Source of the DNA: an uncultured Clostridia bacterium | Lineage (GTDB): Bacteria > Bacillota > Clostridia > Christensenellales > UBA1242 | Assembly (NCBI GenBank): GCA_944345545.1 | Contig: CALVMK010000062.1 | Location: 4,538 to 68,537, forward strand | Reading direction: 5' to 3' | Length of the DNA stretch: 64,000 nt | Shown here: in pieces, positions 59,024-64,000 of the stretch | Layout: every line of letters starts with the position of its first letter | Numbering within the stretch: the stretch's first letter is position 1 | The notes under the pieces: model-generated | What the model saw: the letters and a program-made list of their open reading frames with translations, nothing else | Databases searched by the model: none | What the model was told of the DNA's origin: nothing | Program-made: the position numbers and the translations under genes

Positions 59024-59554
59024 TTAATTTTCTATAGGTCTAACTTGAGAAAAATCTAAATCTACTGGTGTTTCTCTGCCAAACATCTCCACATTAACTT
59101 TAACACGGTTAAGCTCGTTATCAACAGAAATAACAGTTCCTATCATGGTGTTTAATGGTCCGTCGATAACTTCAACTTTATCCATTGGCTTAAGGTCTAG
59201 TTTAACATTGATTTTTTCAAGTCTCATTTTTCTTATTTCATCTTCAGTAAGTGCAAGAGGTCTTCCCTTTGGTCCAACAAAGCCCGTTATTCCTCTAGTT
59301 CTAGTAACGTTGTGCCATAAATCATCACCGTAAATCATTTTAACTAATAAATAACATGGCATAAGCTTTCTTTGAACAAGTTTTTTCTTTCCGTTTTTTT
59401 CTTCTATTACATCTTCCATAGGAATTATAATATCAAAAATTCTATCTTGCAAATTATATTTTTCTATAACGGTTTCGAGGTTTTCCTTAGCAACATTTTC
59501 ATATCCAGAAAATGTGTGGAGCACATACCACTTTGCTTCTTCTTGTTTTTCCAT
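59024..59554 (-). CDS. nusG: Transcription termination/antitermination factor NusG
   Basis: KWYVLHTFSGYENVAKENLE (NGN domain) and a C-terminal KOW (..DKVEVIDGPL....G.V..V..). Confidence 0.95.
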   Translation of the reverse strand: MEKQEEAKWYVLHTFSGYENVAKENLETVIEKYNLQDRIFDIIIPMEDVIEEKNGKKKLVQRKLMPCYLLVKMIYGDDLWHNVTRTRGITGFVGPKGRPLALTEDEIRKMRLEKINVKLDLKPMDKVEVIDGPLNTMIGTVISVDNELNRVKVNVEMFGRETPVDLDFSQVRPIEN

Positions 59555-59565
59555 TTAGCTCTCCT

Positions 59566-59979
59566 TTAACCTTGTGGAATTCCTGATGTTAAAAGGTCGA
59601 AAAGTAACCCTAAAAGATAATCAATGCCAAAAAGAACAACTGTAAAGATTATAACGACAGCAAGAACTACACCTGTTTTCTTTACAACTTGCCCGAATGT
59701 AGGCCATGAAACTTTTTTTAATTCAGAAAAGGTTTCTTTAGTTTTCTTAGCAATTTTATTTTGACCTTTTTCTTTCTTAACTTTTTTCTTTTCTTGTTTA
59801 TTCTCTTTTTGAGCCTTTTCAGATTGTTTTTTATTTTCTACAACTTGATTTTCTGTATTAGCTTTGTTTTCTTTTTCTTTTGATTCTGCCATAACAGTTA
59901 AATCTTGAGTTTGTTCAACCTCGTTTTCTGCAACCACATTGTTAGGCTTATTGTTTTTATTAGACTTCTTTTTAGCCAT
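59566..59979 (-). CDS. secE: Preprotein translocase subunit SecE with a Lys/Glu/Asn-rich N-terminal extension of about 75 aa
   Basis: The C-terminal 55 aa (..ELKKVSWPTFGQVVKKTGVVLAVVIIFTVVLFGIDYLLG..) is the SecE core. Located between rpmG and nusG. Confidence 0.85.
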   Translation of the reverse strand: MAKKKSNKNNKPNNVVAENEVEQTQDLTVMAESKEKENKANTENQVVENKKQSEKAQKENKQEKKKVKKEKGQNKIAKKTKETFSELKKVSWPTFGQVVKKTGVVLAVVIIFTVVLFGIDYLLGLLFDLLTSGIPQG

Positions 59980-59989
59980 AAATTACCCC

Positions 59990-60154
59990 TTATTTAGTTT
60001 CTTTGTGCAAAGTATGTTTTCCGCAACGCTTACAAAACTTGTTGAGTTCTATTCTTTCTGGGTCGTTTTTCTTATTTTTTGTAGTAGCGTAATTACGTTC
60101 CTTGCATTCTGTGCAAGCAAGTGTAATTCTATCATTAATAGTATTTTTTGCCAT
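59990..60154 (-). CDS. rpmG: 50S ribosomal protein L33
   Basis: [54 protein letters not shown], with start at ATG 60154 behind GGAGGAATT. The track's longer start at 60199 is rejected. Confidence 0.9.
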   Translation of the reverse strand: MAKNTINDRITLACTECKERNYATTKNKKNDPERIELNKFCKRCGKHTLHKETK

Positions 60155-60217
60155 AATTCCTCCAAAAATCCGTTTATTTAGTGCATTAAAAAACTCCAAA
60201 CGGAGTTATTACATGGT

Positions 60218-60246
60218 AATATACCACAAGATAAAAACTTTGTCAA
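60218..60246 (-). promoter_or_regulatory. Promoter of the rpmG-secE-nusG-rplK-rplA cluster
   Basis: On the minus strand, TTGACA (60246-60241), 17-nt spacer, TATATT (60223-60218). Confidence 0.6.
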
Positions 60247-60380
60247 TGTTTTTCGCAACTATTTTTAATTATTATATAATTTATTAACGCTTTTGAAAAT
60301 AAACTCAAAACAATAAAGTTAGCAAATTTAAAACATTATAATCTTAAATTAAAACCTTAACTTGCTTTTACATCTTTTAT

Positions 60381-60950
60381 TCAACTTCTTAAAAATTTAA
60401 GCACTCTTGGGATTGCCTCTTCCCTTGCATTATCGAATACGTGCATTATTTTTGGATTTGCTTCAACATGACTTTGTTGCTCTTTTATCATCTCTCTAGC
60501 ATTTATATTTAACTCATCAACAATTCCTTCACATAGCAATCTTCCCAAAAGATATTGATAATTTTCTTGAAATATTGAGTTTCTTTCAGCTATTTCTTTT
60601 ATATCTTCTACACATAAAATTTTGTCTATTGCAAAACTTAAAAATATTGTTAATTTTTCTATAGCAAACCCGTTTCCATTAGCAGCAGCTAAAATTTGCC
60701 AACGCATGCTTTGATCAACATTAACAGGCAAAAAATCACCCCACCCTTTCTTGTTCAAATATGCCAGAAAGTCTTGAGCAATAACATCACCATCTACTGC
60801 ACTAATACAAACATCATCATACAAATTATTGAAGGTTTCTTCCTTAGCCAAAAAATCAGCATTAGAAAAAGTTTTTTGAAAATTTTTTCTCATTTCCATA
60901 AATTTTTTTCTGCACGTTTCTAGGCTTAAATCTTCAAATTCTTCTTCCAA
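60381..60950 (-). CDS. Hypothetical cytoplasmic protein (possibly Sel1/TPR-like repeats)
   Basis: 189-aa ORF with a TTG start 5 nt after GGAGGA. ..AQDFLAYLNKKGWG....D...SMRWQILAAANGN..A.. resembles Sel1-like repeats. Weak call. Confidence 0.45.
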   Translation of the reverse strand: MEEEFEDLSLETCRKKFMEMRKNFQKTFSNADFLAKEETFNNLYDDVCISAVDGDVIAQDFLAYLNKKGWGDFLPVNVDQSMRWQILAAANGNGFAIEKLTIFLSFAIDKILCVEDIKEIAERNSIFQENYQYLLGRLLCEGIVDELNINAREMIKEQQSHVEANPKIMHVFDNAREEAIPRVLKFLRS

Positions 60951-61003
60951 AGTCTTCCTCCATTTGTTTAAGCATAAATGATTTTAAAACAAAAGTCAAA
61001 CGC

Positions 61004-61702
61004 TTATACAGTTTTTGTTTTTCTTTTAACTTTGTCAACACTGGCAGTTTTTGCTTCTATAAAAAGTTTAGCCATAGAAATTTCATAAAATGGCATAACA
61101 ACAAGCATTAAACCAAAGAATGCCACCCCCAAAGTTAAAACAACAATAACCCAAATTGGTAAGATAGCAAAAAGATTTACAATCATAGCCACACCAAAAC
61201 CAACAGCACCAAAGACACAAAACATAAGGAAAGAAAACAAAAACAAAATTAAAATTTTGCTTCTAAAACCATATACTAAACTTTTACTTTTATCTAAAGC
61301 AGAAAACGCATCAACACCCTCATTTTCTGCCATTATAAAACTTGAAAAAGAATAGTTTAATAAGCAAATAATACCAGGAATAATTAATAAAATACTCCAG
61401 AGCAAAGAATACAAAATTATAATAGTTTTTAAAGCAAAAGCTTGTAAACTTATCTTAAAGCTTGAAAAAACAGTTTCTACTGGCAAGTTTTTTTTATTTA
61501 AAAGCCCTAAAACAAATTTTTTTTGTCCAATGCAAATAAAACCCATTGAAAAAAATGCAAGAAACAAACCAAATAACGGAAAAATTAAAAGTCCTAACAA
61601 ACTACCTAAGCTAAGAACTATGCTAGCCAAAACTTTACCCCAAAATAATGAAAAATCAGAAAAACTTTCATTTATAATTTTACAAACAGATTTTCCTTTC
61701 AT
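61004..61702 (-). CDS. DUF975-like multi-pass membrane protein
   Basis: Start at ATG 61702 behind AAAGAGGTG. The hydrophobic repeat architecture and N-terminal ..FSDFSLFWGKVLASIVL.. are typical of the DUF975 family. Confidence 0.5.
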   Translation of the reverse strand: MKGKSVCKIINESFSDFSLFWGKVLASIVLSLGSLLGLLIFPLFGLFLAFFSMGFICIGQKKFVLGLLNKKNLPVETVFSSFKISLQAFALKTIIILYSLLWSILLIIPGIICLLNYSFSSFIMAENEGVDAFSALDKSKSLVYGFRSKILILFLFSFLMFCVFGAVGFGVAMIVNLFAILPIWVIVVLTLGVAFFGLMLVVMPFYEISMAKLFIEAKTASVDKVKRKTKTV

Positions 61703-61904
61703 AAACACCTCTTTAAATTAAAAGAAGTGTTTGCAATAATTAAAATTTTATTATAATCATTTACAATTTTTTTAAAACCATTTTATAAGCATTGATAAAT
61801 AAAGATTTATTTTAATGATAACTATAATTATAATCTATAAAAAGGAAATAAAAAAATTTTAAAATAGAAGTAAACCCATTTTAAAATTTTCTTAAATATT
61901 TTAA

Positions 61905-63482
61905 TTACAAAGGCAAGTCTTTTTTGTCAAAACTAAACACGCCTGTTATAAATGTTACAACGCCAATACCAATAAGGATAGCAAACTTCCATAAGTAAGA
62001 CAATGTTCCAGCTAAAATTGATGTTGTATCAAAGAAAGTAATAATAGACAAATAATTAAAGAAATTCATAGCCTCTATTCTCATTGCTGACGGAACTACA
62101 TCAGAACCAAACAAACCTAAAATTGTACAAACTAACATAAATATAGTAAGCCCACCACCTATTGATAAAGAATATTTTGTTCTATTAAATATTGCAGAGC
62201 ACATAAAACAAAAACCAGCAAAAGCAAACATAGTTAAGAATGCACCTAAATTGAATAGTAAAATTTCAGCAAAATTGATTGCAAAATTGTTTCCGCCTAC
62301 AATCCAAACTGATACAACGCTAACAGCAGTTACTATTGCAAACATTGAAAGTAAAGCCCAAAGCAAATAAGCCATTTGAGTAACAGTAACTGTTCTTCGT
62401 TTTGTTGGAGTAGACAAAACATAAGCCATAGAACCCGAATCTACTTGCCCAGCAAGTAAGCCATTGGCAACCATTATAACAAAAACCATAGGAAGTAATA
62501 AACCAGCTATTCTATAGAATATAGAACCAATTATAAGCCCATACATATCCATATCGCCAAGCTCAGTCAAAGCCTCAGCAACTTTTTCTGGAATTTGGTC
62601 AGAAATACTTTTTGTTGCTTCCGTTTTTGCTTTTTCTGCCGTCTTACCTTCATTTAACCACAATAAATAAGTATTTAAAGCTGTGTTAGATATCACTTTT
62701 ACTGACACGGCATAATTTTTAGCATCTTCTTTCAATGTTCCCTGATTTATTTGACTTTGGTAAACCATATTATACATATAATCATTTACATATTTTACCG
62801 CTTCATCGCTATAATCATCTTTAATTTCTAGCTGCATAGAAATAATTTTAGATTGATTTTTAGCTTCAGTTGCCTCTTGAACAGCATCTTGTTCAGTTTT
62901 TCCTTCAAGCAAAGCTAAAGAATATGCATTTTCATATACAGTTAAATAATACCCTTCCATTAAAAGAGATTTTCCAGTTAACGAAGCATCTTTATCATGC
63001 GCTAAAAGTACATTAACAAGTAACCCAGAAAGTTGATTAACATCTAAATCAGGCATAAAGTTATTGATTAACTCCCCATATTGTTGAATAAATTCATCAA
63101 CTTCTTGAATTGCTATTTGTTTTTTAGTGGCATCATCAGGAGCAGTTCCATTTTCAGTCTGGTAATTTTGAACAGATGTGTCGTAATCACTGATTAAATT
63201 ATTAATAAAAACACTTCCAACGCCAGAAAAAGTTTCCATTTGTTCATTTGTTTCCGCCGTCGTTATGTAAAGGTCATACAAATCAACAGCGTTATCTTTT
63301 AAATAAGATTCTTGATCAGCTTGAGTAAAAACATCTTTTAATGAATCTCTAATATCATTAATTCCCAAGTTTCCAAGCACAATTATCACTATTGCGAGCA
63401 TAATACAAGTTGCAAGTGTAACAGCAACCCACTTTATCCAATTTGCTTTGGCAGTTTGTTTAAATAAAGCTTTACTAAACAT
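61905..63482 (-). CDS. ABC-2-type transporter permease with a large loop after TM1
   Basis: 525 aa: an N-terminal TM, a soluble region of about 290 aa, then 5 or more TM segments. Overlaps the upstream ATPase gene by 8 nt. Confidence 0.65.
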   Translation of the reverse strand: MFSKALFKQTAKANWIKWVAVTLATCIMLAIVIIVLGNLGINDIRDSLKDVFTQADQESYLKDNAVDLYDLYITTAETNEQMETFSGVGSVFINNLISDYDTSVQNYQTENGTAPDDATKKQIAIQEVDEFIQQYGELINNFMPDLDVNQLSGLLVNVLLAHDKDASLTGKSLLMEGYYLTVYENAYSLALLEGKTEQDAVQEATEAKNQSKIISMQLEIKDDYSDEAVKYVNDYMYNMVYQSQINQGTLKEDAKNYAVSVKVISNTALNTYLLWLNEGKTAEKAKTEATKSISDQIPEKVAEALTELGDMDMYGLIIGSIFYRIAGLLLPMVFVIMVANGLLAGQVDSGSMAYVLSTPTKRRTVTVTQMAYLLWALLSMFAIVTAVSVVSVWIVGGNNFAINFAEILLFNLGAFLTMFAFAGFCFMCSAIFNRTKYSLSIGGGLTIFMLVCTILGLFGSDVVPSAMRIEAMNFFNYLSIITFFDTTSILAGTLSYLWKFAILIGIGVVTFITGVFSFDKKDLPL

Positions 63483-64000
63483 TTTTTTCCTCCCTATATT
63501 TTGTTAACACTTCTTTAAAATATTTTTCTAAATTATGTTTAACTTCTGAAATAAACTTTAAATCAAATTTACACAAATCTTTAAAAAGTTTTCCAACATC
63601 TTTATCTAAAATTTTAATTGTAACTTGGTTGTATTGTTCTTGTATTCTTGTGATTTCATATTTTAGTTTTTTAAATTTGTTAAAATCAAGAGAATTTTTA
63701 AATTCAATTTTATAAAATTTTACTTCTGAGTTTTTTAATTTATCTATATCAACAATATCAACAATTCTGCCGTTAAAAATAAGTGCAACCCTATCACATG
63801 TAAGTTCTAATTCATCAAACATTTGACTGCTCATCAAAATAGTTTTTCCAGCTTTTTTCTCTTCAAGTACAAGCTCTAAAAAGGTTTCTCTCATAAGAGG
63901 ATCTAGTCCCGTGCTTGGCTCATCCAAAATTAAAATGTCTTTGTTTGCCATAAATGCTGCAACGATGGCAGTTTTTTGTTTCATTCCCTTACTCATTCGT
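63475..64000 (-). CDS. ABC transporter ATP-binding protein (C-terminal part; the 5' end lies outside the window)
   Basis: ABC signature MSKGMKQK, Walker B ILILDEPSTGLD and an H-loop region. The frame stays open upstream of the first listed Met to position 64000. Confidence 0.85.
   Translation of the reverse strand, partial: RMSKGMKQKTAIVAAFMANKDILILDEPSTGLDPLMRETFLELVLEEKKAGKTILMSSQMFDELELTCDRVALIFNGRIVDIVDIDKLKNSEVKFYKIEFKNSLDFNKFKKLKYEITRIQEQYNQVTIKILDKDVGKLFKDLCKFDLKFISEVKHNLEKYFKEVLTKYREEKNV

Noticed and set aside
27519-59979. Recurrent Lys/Glu/Asn/Gln-rich low-complexity tails on membrane proteins: the SecE N-terminus, the 129-aa tail-anchored protein, both SipW-like proteins, the flippase-like N-terminus and the M28 C-terminus.
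   Set aside because: This is most simply explained by AT-biased composition expanding AAA/GAA/AAT/CAA-rich linkers. I see no shared motif that would indicate a common functional module.
1-64000. CRISPR arrays, rRNA genes, and tmRNA, RNase P, SRP or 6S RNAs.
   Set aside because: There are no regularly spaced direct repeats. Apart from the tRNA and the three hairpin clusters, the intergenic regions are short and AT-rich. The hairpin clusters lack SRP (GGAA/AGCA loop) or RNase P signature sequences.

Overview
This is an AT-rich, gene-dense chromosomal segment that uses the standard genetic code. It looks like a low-GC Firmicutes genome of the Clostridia type, because it carries spoIIID, a SpoIIQ-like M23 peptidase, a Firmicutes-style pth-mfd block and an rpmG-secE-nusG-rplK-rplA block. 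More than a third of the window (1-22326, minus strand) is taken by two tandem giant lipoprotein genes. One is complete at 5658 aa. The second starts 13 nt downstream and is still open at the window edge (at least 1778 codons). Both begin with the same lipobox N-terminus (..LTAC|GDPYK..), and both alternate Ig-like stretches with blocks of GLUG-like beta-helix repeats. The remainder is mostly housekeeping and envelope genes:
- Translation and RNA: ttcA-like, alaS (unusually short), leuS, argS, tRNA-Leu, rlmN, rplA, rplK, rpmG.
- Other core functions: acpP, mfd, pth, gpmI, nusG, secE.
- Envelope and transport: polysaccharide deacetylase, flippase-like membrane protein, PrsA-like lipoprotein, PlsC-like acyltransferase, two SipW-type signal peptidase paralogs, an ABC-2 transporter.

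The non-coding features that seem most worth a second look are:
1. Two copies of a tRNA-sized, mismatch-free four-way-junction element with compensatory stem changes (41695-41775 and 52239-52312), plus a looser GC-rich hairpin cluster after rplA.
2. A small secreted-protein gene whose UTR hairpin loops carry four copies of a mutually complementary AGUCCUAA/UUAGGACU motif.
3. A tRNA-Leu whose fold places AAG (A34) in the anticodon.
4. A 188-nt out-of-frame overlap between the two signal-peptidase paralogs.

I saw no CRISPR array, rRNA, transposase, integrase or phage genes. All calls come from reading the sequence and the supplied ORF track by eye. No database search was run.
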